Positions 9,561-17,594 of a stretch of 64,000 nt of DNA are shown piece by piece. The position numbers and the translations under genes are program-made. How positions within the stretch are numbered: the first letter of the stretch is position 1; each line of letters starts with the position of its first letter. The DNA comes from an uncultured Fretibacterium sp. (GTDB taxonomy: Bacteria > Synergistota > Synergistia > Synergistales > Aminobacteriaceae). Location: contig CAMVMK010000006.1 in the NCBI GenBank assembly GCA_947168585.1, positions 15,984 to 79,983 of the forward strand, in the 5' to 3' direction. Below the pieces are notes generated by a model. That model was not told where the DNA came from and made no database searches. It saw only the letters and a list, made by a program, of their open reading frames with translations.

Positions 9561-10187
9561 ATGCTTGAGGGAGATTTTCTCGAGGCTTCGGGAGTTATTC
9601 TGCACCGTGAAATATCCGGCGAAAAAAAATTATGGCTGAAATTATTTCTAAAAGATTTTGGAATTATAAACGTTAATTCACGCCGTTCGCTTGGAGATTC
9701 AGAGCCTTTGACGTGGGGAAAATTCAGCTTGGCCAAGAAAAAAAAATCTGTTAATTATTATGTCGATGATATAGAAATTGCCGATGATATGCTCGCGCTT
9801 AGAAAAAGCAGAGATTCTATTTTTACGGCGTTGAAATGGACGAAAATAATTTCAAAATTTTTAACGCCTGAACAGCCCGATAACGATTTACTTACGAATT
9901 TATATTGGAGCATGAATTTATTGAAAGATTCCAGAGTTCCTGTTGACGCTGCCGACTGGAAATTTTTATGGCGATGGCTTGAGAATTGGGGAATTGCTCC
10001 CGACCTCGTGAATTTTTATACGCTTCAAAATTTTAATCACGATGAAATTCTTTTGCTGACTCAAATTTCTTTATTGAACGTAAAAGGAATTATTAATCTT
10101 TTTTCAAATAAAATAAGTTCTAAAATCCGCGAAAATTCTTTTAAGATTGCCGCCGGATTAGCTGAAAAATTTTTAATGGAAAAATAA
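9561..10187 (+). CDS. recO: DNA repair protein RecO (short form)
   Basis: The N-terminal OB-fold-like pattern (EASGVILHREISGEKKLWLKLFLKDFGII) and overall size fit RecO. Similarity was judged by eye only. Confidence 0.55.
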   Translation: MLEGDFLEASGVILHREISGEKKLWLKLFLKDFGIINVNSRRSLGDSEPLTWGKFSLAKKKKSVNYYVDDIEIADDMLALRKSRDSIFTALKWTKIISKFLTPEQPDNDLLTNLYWSMNLLKDSRVPVDAADWKFLWRWLENWGIAPDLVNFYTLQNFNHDEILLLTQISLLNVKGIINLFSNKISSKIRENSFKIAAGLAEKFLMEK

Positions 10188-10198
10188 TCTTTGAATAC

Positions 10199-10345
10199 TC
10201 ACAGCAGGCACGATTTTATTTCCTCGCTGACATGGCCGGACACACTGCCGTCATCTTCTTTGATATATTCAACGTGAAGTTCGAGACTTTTAAGCCACGA
10301 AATATATTCTAAAAATATATTTAGCCCTAATGCTGCTGCCTGCAT
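10199..10345 (-). CDS. unlisted 48-codon ORF (MQAAALGLNIFLEYISWLKSLELHVEYIKEDDGSVSGHVSEEIKSCLL)
   Basis: GAGGTGA lies 6 nt upstream of the ATG, and an extended -10 (TGTTATAAT) lies about 25 nt further upstream on the minus strand. The ORF is below the track cut-off and has no known family. Confidence 0.25.
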   Translation of the reverse strand: MQAAALGLNIFLEYISWLKSLELHVEYIKEDDGSVSGHVSEEIKSCLL

Positions 10346-10435
10346 AGACAATCACCTCATTTTTATTTTATTATAACAGTTAATTTTATTATAATAGTCT
10401 TGAAATTCTAAAAATCAAAAGGAGAAAAATTTTTT

Positions 10436-10993
10436 ATGCCTAAAGATATTTTAGTTGTAGATTGTCAATACGATTTCATTGACGGCTCGCTTGCCTGCGG
10501 ACATTCGGAGGAAGCTGTCAAAAATATAATCGCGTTAATTAATTCACAGCCGGACGCAAAAGTTTTTTATTCAGCCGACTGCCACAGCCCTAAACATTGC
10601 AGCTATATTCAAAACGGCGGCACTTGGCCTCTGCACTGTCAGGCCGGAACTCACGGCGCGGAAATTCACGCTGATTTTTACAGCAAAATCGAAAATCCTG
10701 CACAGCGTCCTAACGATGCAAATATTTATTACAAAGGCAATATTGATGACCGTGAAGAATATTCAGCTTTCAACGCAAGAAATAAAAACGGCCAAGAATT
10801 AAATCAAAATATTTCGAGCGATGTTTTAGTCTGCGGAATTGCAAGCGAGTTCTGCGTCCGCGAGAGTGTTTTAGCGTTATTAAAATCCGGCCGCAGTGTT
10901 GAAGTTCCTGAAAATCTGCTCGGTTGGGTCGATGAAAAAAATCATCACGCTAATATCAAAGAACTTGCTTCAATGGGAGTAAAAATTTCATGA
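10436..10993 (+). CDS. isochorismatase-family cysteine hydrolase (nicotinamidase-like)
   Basis: ILVVDCQYDF at the N-terminus and VCGIASEFCV catalytic-cysteine context. ATGA overlap with the next gene. Confidence 0.75.
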   Translation: MPKDILVVDCQYDFIDGSLACGHSEEAVKNIIALINSQPDAKVFYSADCHSPKHCSYIQNGGTWPLHCQAGTHGAEIHADFYSKIENPAQRPNDANIYYKGNIDDREEYSAFNARNKNGQELNQNISSDVLVCGIASEFCVRESVLALLKSGRSVEVPENLLGWVDEKNHHANIKELASMGVKIS

Positions 10994-11628
10994 TTAACAC
11001 TATAATTTTTGACATTGGCAACGTCCTTGTAGATTTCGACTGGGACGGCTTCATGTCGAGAAAATTTCCCGGCGCGGACAAAAATTTAATTGCTAAACTT
11101 GACGAAGATGTCTGGGGCAGCGGACGCTGGGACAGGCTTGACGCGGGCGACGATCCTGAAAAAGTTTTCAAGAGCATCGTTGACTACGACCCTGAACACG
11201 AGAGCGAACTTAGAAAAATTTTTGCTGATGTCGGCGAAACTCTACGCTCACGCCCGGCGACTCCAGTCTGGCTTAAAGAATTAAAATCGCGCAGCCTGCC
11301 CGGCGGCAGTCAAGGTGAAAATTATAGACTGCTTTACCTCTCGAATTATTCGCGTTATGTAATGAAAGCCAATCCCGAAGTTTTAGACTTTCTGCCTTTG
11401 CTTGACGGCGGAGTATTTTCATGCGACGTTAAATTAATCAAGCCCGACCCTAAAATTTATGAGACAATCGCTGAAAAATACAAATTAATACCGTCCGAAT
11501 GTGTTTTCATTGATGATTTAGAAAAAAATATTAAAGCCGCAAAAAATTTCGGTTTTCACGGGATTCAATTCTTAAATCTCAAACAGGCTCAAGACGACTT
11601 AAATAAATTTTTGAAGGAGAGTAAATAA
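10990..11628 (+). CDS. HAD-superfamily hydrolase, subfamily IA
   Basis: Motif I variant IIFDIGNVLVDF (YihX-like) and motif IV FIDDLEKN. Confidence 0.75.
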   Translation: MINTIIFDIGNVLVDFDWDGFMSRKFPGADKNLIAKLDEDVWGSGRWDRLDAGDDPEKVFKSIVDYDPEHESELRKIFADVGETLRSRPATPVWLKELKSRSLPGGSQGENYRLLYLSNYSRYVMKANPEVLDFLPLLDGGVFSCDVKLIKPDPKIYETIAEKYKLIPSECVFIDDLEKNIKAAKNFGFHGIQFLNLKQAQDDLNKFLKESK

Positions 11629-11631
11629 AAT

Positions 11632-12135
11632 ATGAAAAATATGCGTTGGAATTTTTGTATCACGGGAATAATTTTAATTATTTTGGGTGTTTTAACGTTT
11701 CGTTACCCTGTCGAAGCTATAATGACGGCGGGATTTTTCATCGGCTGCGGACTTATAGCGTCCGGCTTGAATTATTTTTCGGGCTGGTATTTCTTTAAGT
11801 TCAAGAGATTTATAGTACTCGGACTTTTGGATTTAATTACGGGAATAATTATGATTTTACAGCCGGGCATTACGGGATTTTTAATGCCGTTTGTAATCGG
11901 CGCGTGGCTTTTATCTACAGGAATTACGAGAATGTGCGCGTCATTTTGGCTCGGCGGTGCGGAAATTCCGGGCTGGTGGATAATGTTATTAAACGGAATT
12001 GCTTTAATAATTTTTGCTCTGCTTATCTGCGCGTCGCCGTTGATGAGTTCTATCTCGTTAATGCTTGTTCTTGCGTGCGAGTTAATTATCGAAGGAATTT
12101 TGACGATTGTTGAAGGCTTTGCGGTAAAAAATTAA
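11632..12135 (+). CDS. DUF308/HdeD-like membrane protein
   Basis: Six hydrophobic helices with a repeated G-rich helix pattern typical of HdeD-like proteins. Confidence 0.6.
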   Translation: MKNMRWNFCITGIILIILGVLTFRYPVEAIMTAGFFIGCGLIASGLNYFSGWYFFKFKRFIVLGLLDLITGIIMILQPGITGFLMPFVIGAWLLSTGITRMCASFWLGGAEIPGWWIMLLNGIALIIFALLICASPLMSSISLMLVLACELIIEGILTIVEGFAVKN

Positions 12136-12218
12136 TTTCAAAAATAAATTCGCGGGCTTTGATGTCTGCAAAAAATTTTTAAGATTTTTGTAGTTGAAAA
12201 TGTAGTTGAAAAATTAAA

Positions 12219-12252
12219 ATCTCCCTGAAATTTTCATCAGAGAGATTTTTTC
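12219..12252. terminator. bidirectional intrinsic terminator between convergent genes
   Basis: ATCTCCCTGA-8 nt loop-TCAGAGAGAT followed by TTTTTT on the plus strand. On the minus strand the single mismatch becomes G.U and a U-rich tail follows. Confidence 0.7.
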
Positions 12253-12299
12253 TTGCATAAATTATAACACCTGCCCGCCGACAAGCAAGACGAAAATTT

Positions 12300-13451
12300 T
12301 TATTGAATTTTCTGGTAAGTTATGTGCATGTTATTAACGTCCGTGAGCATTAAATTATTGCCGTTGAGTTGAACGGTATTAGTGAAAGTTTCGCCCGTGC
12401 TTTTACGGCAGTTCAAAATATTTCCGTTGCGCTGGAAAGTTCCCATTTCTGCAGGCTGTCCGTTAAGCCAAATATAATAATTATTTCCTTGAAACTGCAG
12501 AACAAGCTGCTGTCCGTTCATGTAAGTTTGATAAACTCCGTCAAGATTTACTTCAGGAGCTTTGCCCGGAAATTTCGGAAATTCTTGTTTCGGAGTTTCA
12601 GGAGTTTCAGGGAATTTCGGCGTTGAAGTTTCAGGGGCTTTGAAAACTGGAGCGTTTGATTTTTTCTTACCGTCTTTATCTTTTACAAAAACTCCGGCGT
12701 TCATGCCCATGCCGTTCGGACCGCTCGTGAAAGTCATTACTAAAGTCTTTTCATAAGGATTATTGGCGCAAAAAATCACGTCTCTTTGCCCGTCGGGAGT
12801 TTTTACGGCAATTCTGTTATCTGAAACTGTATAAGTTCCAAATTTTTTATCTTGAATTTCGATTTCTCCGTCATCATCTAATTCGACTTCAGAACCGTCA
12901 GAGCATTTCCATTCGCCTTCGTACCATTTTGAAGGAAACCAGAAATTATTAAGCGGATATAAATATCTGACTTCGCCCGTCTCTACAGAAGCTAAAAGCC
13001 ACGCATATTTTTCATTATCTTCCGGCATCACTACGGCGTAATCTTCAGCAAAGATTTTATATTCGCCTTTATCGTCAGGAGCGTATGCTTTCATAACCGG
13101 AACTTCTCCGGAAAGGTCAAGAGTATAAAATCCCGGCGTAAGATTTTTCCCGTACACATCAATATTTGTGGGATAAGCGTTATGTTCGGAATCAAATTGC
13201 CCGATTTCAACAATAATTTCAGTAGCGGCGTAAATTTTTTCTTTTGGATTAACGCGCGACAAAGTTTCTTTGATGTGAGCATAACGGCCGGGCAAAAAAT
13301 CTTTTCCGTACTGTCTTGTGAGTTCGACATACGGAGCAATTCTTTCATCGCTCAAAGCCTGCTGTTCTGTAATTTTTGCGTTAGCTGCTGATGCTGATAA
13401 CATGAGGAGAAAAATCGCGGCAAAAACACTAAAAATTTTCTTGACGTTCAT
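12300..13451 (-). CDS. secreted protein of unknown function, paralog A, with an extra Pro-rich linker and C-terminal domain
   Basis: Signal peptide ending ASAANA. The first ~250 aa align by eye with the ORF at 13493-14257 (AKITEQQALSDERIAPYVELTRQYGKDFLPGRYAH vs AKVTEQEALNDERIAPYVELTKQSGKDFLPGRYAH). Confidence 0.7.
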   Translation of the reverse strand: MNVKKIFSVFAAIFLLMLSASAANAKITEQQALSDERIAPYVELTRQYGKDFLPGRYAHIKETLSRVNPKEKIYAATEIIVEIGQFDSEHNAYPTNIDVYGKNLTPGFYTLDLSGEVPVMKAYAPDDKGEYKIFAEDYAVVMPEDNEKYAWLLASVETGEVRYLYPLNNFWFPSKWYEGEWKCSDGSEVELDDDGEIEIQDKKFGTYTVSDNRIAVKTPDGQRDVIFCANNPYEKTLVMTFTSGPNGMGMNAGVFVKDKDGKKKSNAPVFKAPETSTPKFPETPETPKQEFPKFPGKAPEVNLDGVYQTYMNGQQLVLQFQGNNYYIWLNGQPAEMGTFQRNGNILNCRKSTGETFTNTVQLNGNNLMLTDVNNMHITYQKIQ

Positions 13452-13492
13452 AAAAAAATTCCTCCTGAATTAAAAATTTTTCCAACATTATA

Positions 13493-14257
13493 CTATTCGT
13501 TTTTTCTGAGAAAAACTGCAGCATTTTCGTCCATTCCGTTCGGGCCGCTGGTAAAAGTTACAACGAGATAATCTTCATCGGCGTTATAGACACAATAAGC
13601 AGAATCTTTTTTGCCGTCGGGAGTTTTTACGAGGACTCTATTATCTGAAATTTCATAAGTTCCGAAAACTTTGCCTTGAGCGTATATAATTCCGTCAGAG
13701 TCTAACTCAAGTTCTGATTCGTCAGAAGCAATCCATTTTCCTAAGTGCCAATTTTTAGGAAACCAATACTCACTTAACGGGAATAAATAGTGAACATCGC
13801 CGTTTTCTGTAGAGCCTAAAAACCACGAGTATTCATTTTCGTTTTCGGGCACAAGGACGGCAAAATCTTCGGTTAAAGTTATATTGCTACCTAACTCGTA
13901 AGTTCTCATAACCGGCACTGCCCCTGAAAAGTTGAGAGTCATATAACGTGAAATTAAATTTTCGCCGTAAAAATCAAATTTTACGGGATAAGTTTTATTT
14001 TTTGAATCAAATTTTCCGATCTCGATAATTAAACTAGAAGCAGCAAGAATTTTTTCAGCCGGATTAACCCGCGACAAAATTTCTTTTACATGAGCATAAC
14101 GGCCGGGCAAAAAATCTTTTCCGGATTGCTTTGTGAGTTCGACATAAGGCGCAATTCTTTCATCGTTCAAAGCCTCTTGTTCAGTTACTTTTGCGTTCGC
14201 TGCAGTTGTTAATAACATGAGGAAAAAAAACGCGCTGATAATTTTCTTGACGCTCAT
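13493..14257 (-). CDS. secreted protein of unknown function, paralog B
   Basis: Signal peptide ending TAANA. It is a tandem paralog of 12300-13451, and the upstream leader sequence is also duplicated. Confidence 0.7.
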   Translation of the reverse strand: MSVKKIISAFFFLMLLTTAANAKVTEQEALNDERIAPYVELTKQSGKDFLPGRYAHVKEILSRVNPAEKILAASSLIIEIGKFDSKNKTYPVKFDFYGENLISRYMTLNFSGAVPVMRTYELGSNITLTEDFAVLVPENENEYSWFLGSTENGDVHYLFPLSEYWFPKNWHLGKWIASDESELELDSDGIIYAQGKVFGTYEISDNRVLVKTPDGKKDSAYCVYNADEDYLVVTFTSGPNGMDENAAVFLRKNE

Positions 14258-14330
14258 AAAAAAGTTCCCCCTGAATTAAAAATTTTATAAAAAGGATTTG
14301 GGAGTTAGGAAAAAGGGAAAAATTTTTTAA

Positions 14331-16418
14331 TTATTTGCTTCGTGTATATTGGAACGCGAAGACAAATCCTACAAGAACAAGTCCGATTAAGTCGCTGATA
14401 AGTCCGGGCACTAACATACTAAGACCGCCCGCGCAGATAACTATTCTTAATAACGGGTTAATAGGCTTGAATAAAAATCCGTTGAGAGCCGCAGCAACTC
14501 CGAAAATTCCGAGCAAAGCCGTAGCGCAGATTAAAACTATTTCAAGTCCTATTAAAATATTCGTCAATAACGGTCCTGCGTTTGCAATTTCAATTAAAGG
14601 ACTTACATTTTCAAACAACATAGCCGGAGTAAACGCGAAAATATACGGAACTATGAACGCTCCGATAGCAAGTTTCGTAGCGTTGAAAGCTGTCTTCATG
14701 GGCGTGGCTTTTGCTATTGCCGAGCCTGCATAAGCCGCTAATGCTACAGGAGGCGTTATATCTGCAACAATTCCGAAATAAAATACAAAGAAATGGGCGC
14801 AAACTTTTTCAATTCCTATAGCCGGAGCCATTAATATCGGCGCGCATGTTGCTGCCATGATGCAATAATTTGCAGTTGTCGGAACTCCCATTCCTAAAAT
14901 TACACAGCAAATCATCGTAAGAACTAACGCTATAAAAGCATGACCGCCTGAAACGTTTACGACCATTGTAATTAATTCTGAAGCTAATCCCGTTGAAGTT
15001 ATACAGCCTGCTACAAGTCCTGCCATAGCGCAGGCAACTGCAACTGTTATAGTTCCGCGTCCGCCTGCTTCGAGAGCGTCAAGAATTTTTTTGAAAGTAA
15101 TTCTTTCATCACTGTTGAAAAATCCTACAACTATTGCAAGCCCGATAGCTATAGCCGCTGAGAATTGCATAGTGTAAATATTCATTGAGACCATTACAAC
15201 TAAAATTATTAACGGAAGCAGCAAATAAACTTTGGGCAATAATTTTATAATTCGCGGCAGTTCTTCTTTAGGAATACCTTTTAAGCCTAACTTTTTAGCT
15301 TCAAGATGAACGGCGATATAAATTCCTGCAAAATACAAAACAGCCGGAAGAATTGCTTTCAGTGCTACCTGCGAGTAAGGTATACCCATGTATTCAGCCA
15401 TTAAGAAAGCCGCCGCTCCCATAATCGGAGGCATAATCTGACCGCCCGTTGAGGCTGCCGCTTCGACTGCTCCTGCAAATTCGGGTTTATAGCCTGTCTT
15501 CTTCATCATCGGAATAGTAACTGAACCTGTTGTAACAGTGTTGCCGACCGATGAGCCTGATACCATTCCGCAAAGAGCCGAAGAAATTACTGCAACTTTT
15601 GCCGGGCCTCCTGCTGATGCTCCTGCTATAGCGTTCGCAAGATTAATAAAGAAAGTTGATATTCCCGTACGCTCAAGAAACGCTCCGAAAATTATAAACA
15701 CAACTATATATTTAGCGCAGACTTCAATCGGTGTGCTTCGGAGTCCGTCGCCCGTCGAGTAAAATAAATCGTAAATAACTTTACCAAATCTTACAGTAGA
15801 GAAAGCATAAACCATTAACGCCCCGACAACACACAAAATCGGAATACCGACACAGCGGCGGCAGAGTTCCATCGTTGATAAAATCGCAAGCACCGCCATA
15901 GTTATCATTAAATGATAATTAGGATTTCGAGGGCTTGTAACACGCAAAGCAAGTTTAATAATGCTCTCGGCGTTCCATGCAAAATAAAAGAACGGAATTG
16001 CTCCGGCAAGCATGATTAAAATATCATAGAACGGTATGGAATTTGCCCGCGCTTTCATGTCGAAAGTTATAGGAATTGAAATTGAATCGCTAAGTCCCGG
16101 CGAAACATAACCGTGAGATTTTTTTATCGGATAATGTAAATAACCCAAAATTAAAATTAATCCCAAGAAAATATTTAATCTAATTTCAGGCATTGCAGTG
16201 CTGAAAAGAGTAACGTAAATGCAATAAAGCGAGAACAAAGCCGACAGAGATTTTATAAAAACTGCCGGAGAACCTGTCCAAACTCTTGTGTTAGACTCTT
16301 TGTCGTATTTTTTCATTACTCTTTCTAATTCGTTTTGTTGTGCCGTGCTTTCTATCAGAGCGTCAACGTGCGTATCAAGTTCTTCAAGATGCTGCGGCGA
16401 GAAATTAGTATCGCTCAT
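14331..16418 (-). CDS. TAXI-type TRAP transporter, fused DctQ/DctM permease
   Basis: 695-aa polytopic protein directly downstream of a TAXI solute receptor gene. The fused-permease length is typical. Confidence 0.85.
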   Translation of the reverse strand: MSDTNFSPQHLEELDTHVDALIESTAQQNELERVMKKYDKESNTRVWTGSPAVFIKSLSALFSLYCIYVTLFSTAMPEIRLNIFLGLILILGYLHYPIKKSHGYVSPGLSDSISIPITFDMKARANSIPFYDILIMLAGAIPFFYFAWNAESIIKLALRVTSPRNPNYHLMITMAVLAILSTMELCRRCVGIPILCVVGALMVYAFSTVRFGKVIYDLFYSTGDGLRSTPIEVCAKYIVVFIIFGAFLERTGISTFFINLANAIAGASAGGPAKVAVISSALCGMVSGSSVGNTVTTGSVTIPMMKKTGYKPEFAGAVEAAASTGGQIMPPIMGAAAFLMAEYMGIPYSQVALKAILPAVLYFAGIYIAVHLEAKKLGLKGIPKEELPRIIKLLPKVYLLLPLIILVVMVSMNIYTMQFSAAIAIGLAIVVGFFNSDERITFKKILDALEAGGRGTITVAVACAMAGLVAGCITSTGLASELITMVVNVSGGHAFIALVLTMICCVILGMGVPTTANYCIMAATCAPILMAPAIGIEKVCAHFFVFYFGIVADITPPVALAAYAGSAIAKATPMKTAFNATKLAIGAFIVPYIFAFTPAMLFENVSPLIEIANAGPLLTNILIGLEIVLICATALLGIFGVAAALNGFLFKPINPLLRIVICAGGLSMLVPGLISDLIGLVLVGFVFAFQYTRSK

Positions 16419-16444
16419 GAATTATTTTCCCCTTTCTTAAAAAA

Positions 16445-16491
16445 TTTTTATAAAAAAATAAAAACGGCCATGATTTTTATATCACAGCCGT
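16445..16491 (-). terminator. intra-operon intrinsic terminator/attenuator between the SBP and permease genes
   Basis: Minus-strand RNA ACGGCUGUGAU-AUAAAA-AUCAUGGCCGU (11 bp including 2 G.U) followed by UUUUAUUUUUUUAU. Confidence 0.75.
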
Positions 16492-16500
16492 GTTGTTGCC

Positions 16501-16563
16501 GTTAGAATTTAGAAATTAGAAATTTAATAATTTTTTTCATTTCTAACTCCTAACTCCTCACTG
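16501..16563 (-). repeat. heptad AGG-repeat hairpin element
   Basis: 23-position stem (16501-16523 with 16539-16561). 18 positions are Watson-Crick. 3 are G.U in the minus (sense) transcript but A.C in the plus transcript. 2 are mismatches. The loop is 15 nt. Confidence 0.8.
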
Positions 16564-16568
16564 AAAAT

Positions 16569-17528
16569 TTATTTTCCCGCGACTTTGATTCCTTTTTCGC
16601 CGAAGTATTTGACTGCGCCCTTGTGATAGGGAACTGCTGTGTAGCTTGCCGCGAAATTCAAATCAAGTTCCGCGCCCTTGGCGTGAGCCGCTGTGATTTC
16701 GTCAACGTTCTCAAAAATTCCGTAAAGGAAGTTATAAACGTCAGTCTCGGAAACGTCATCGTTTGCAATTATTACCGCGCCGACTGCAACTGTTACTGTG
16801 TCTTCGTCAGTACCGTAAAGATCTTTTTTAATAACGTTCATTGAGTAATAAGGAGAAGCCGCGATTAATTTCAAAACGTGTTCATCATCAAAGCCGACTA
16901 AATGAATTTTCTTTGTCGTAGCGAGTGAAGTTACTGCTGTCGTAGGAGCACCGGCAACGATGAAAGCCGCGTCAATTTTTCCGTCCTGTAACGCTTCAAC
17001 ACTGTCGCCGAATGATTGATAGGTCGGTTTGATGTCTTTTTCAACGTCAAGTCCGTAAGCATTAAGAACGTCAACGGCATTGAAATAAACTCCCGAACCT
17101 GCTGCTCCGATTGAAACATTTTTGCCTTTGAGGTCTGCAACTGTTTTAATAGCGGGGTCAAGAGTTACGATCTGTACCTGCTCCATATAAAGGTTAGCGA
17201 CTGTTGAGAAAGTATCGACTTTGTTGTCAAAAAGTCTCGTGCCTTTGTAAGCGTAAGCACCGACATCTGACTGAGTAAAAGCTATCTGGGCATCGCCGTC
17301 TTCCATTGCTTCGATATTAGCTTTTGAACCGCCTGAAGTAATTGCTGTAACAGTCGTGGAAGTTTTCTCGCCGACTTTGCCTGCCAAAACTCCGCCGAAA
17401 CCGTAATAAGTTCCCTGAGCTCCGCCGGTCGTGAAAACTAATTTTGTTCCGCCGGGAAGAGCGTCAGCAAACGCCGCGCAGCTAAGAGCCATAGCAAGGA
17501 CTAACGCTAAGGAAATAATTTTCTTCAT
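16569..17528 (-). CDS. TAXI-family TRAP transporter solute-binding protein
   Basis: Signal peptide. GGAQGTYYGFGGVLA and SGGSKANIEAM segments are typical of the TAXI/Imp family. Confidence 0.85.
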   Translation of the reverse strand: MKKIISLALVLAMALSCAAFADALPGGTKLVFTTGGAQGTYYGFGGVLAGKVGEKTSTTVTAITSGGSKANIEAMEDGDAQIAFTQSDVGAYAYKGTRLFDNKVDTFSTVANLYMEQVQIVTLDPAIKTVADLKGKNVSIGAAGSGVYFNAVDVLNAYGLDVEKDIKPTYQSFGDSVEALQDGKIDAAFIVAGAPTTAVTSLATTKKIHLVGFDDEHVLKLIAASPYYSMNVIKKDLYGTDEDTVTVAVGAVIIANDDVSETDVYNFLYGIFENVDEITAAHAKGAELDLNFAASYTAVPYHKGAVKYFGEKGIKVAGK

Positions 17529-17594
17529 TTTAATATTTACCTCCTGAAAAAATTTTTTAATAATTTTATCATGCCTAAAAATTTTTTAATTTTT

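Noticed and set aside
12187-12215. Tandem 12-mer GTAGTTGAAAAT x2 downstream of the DUF308 gene.
   Set aside because: There are only two imperfect copies in an AT-rich terminator region, with no further copies in the window. This is most likely chance or a small slippage duplication.
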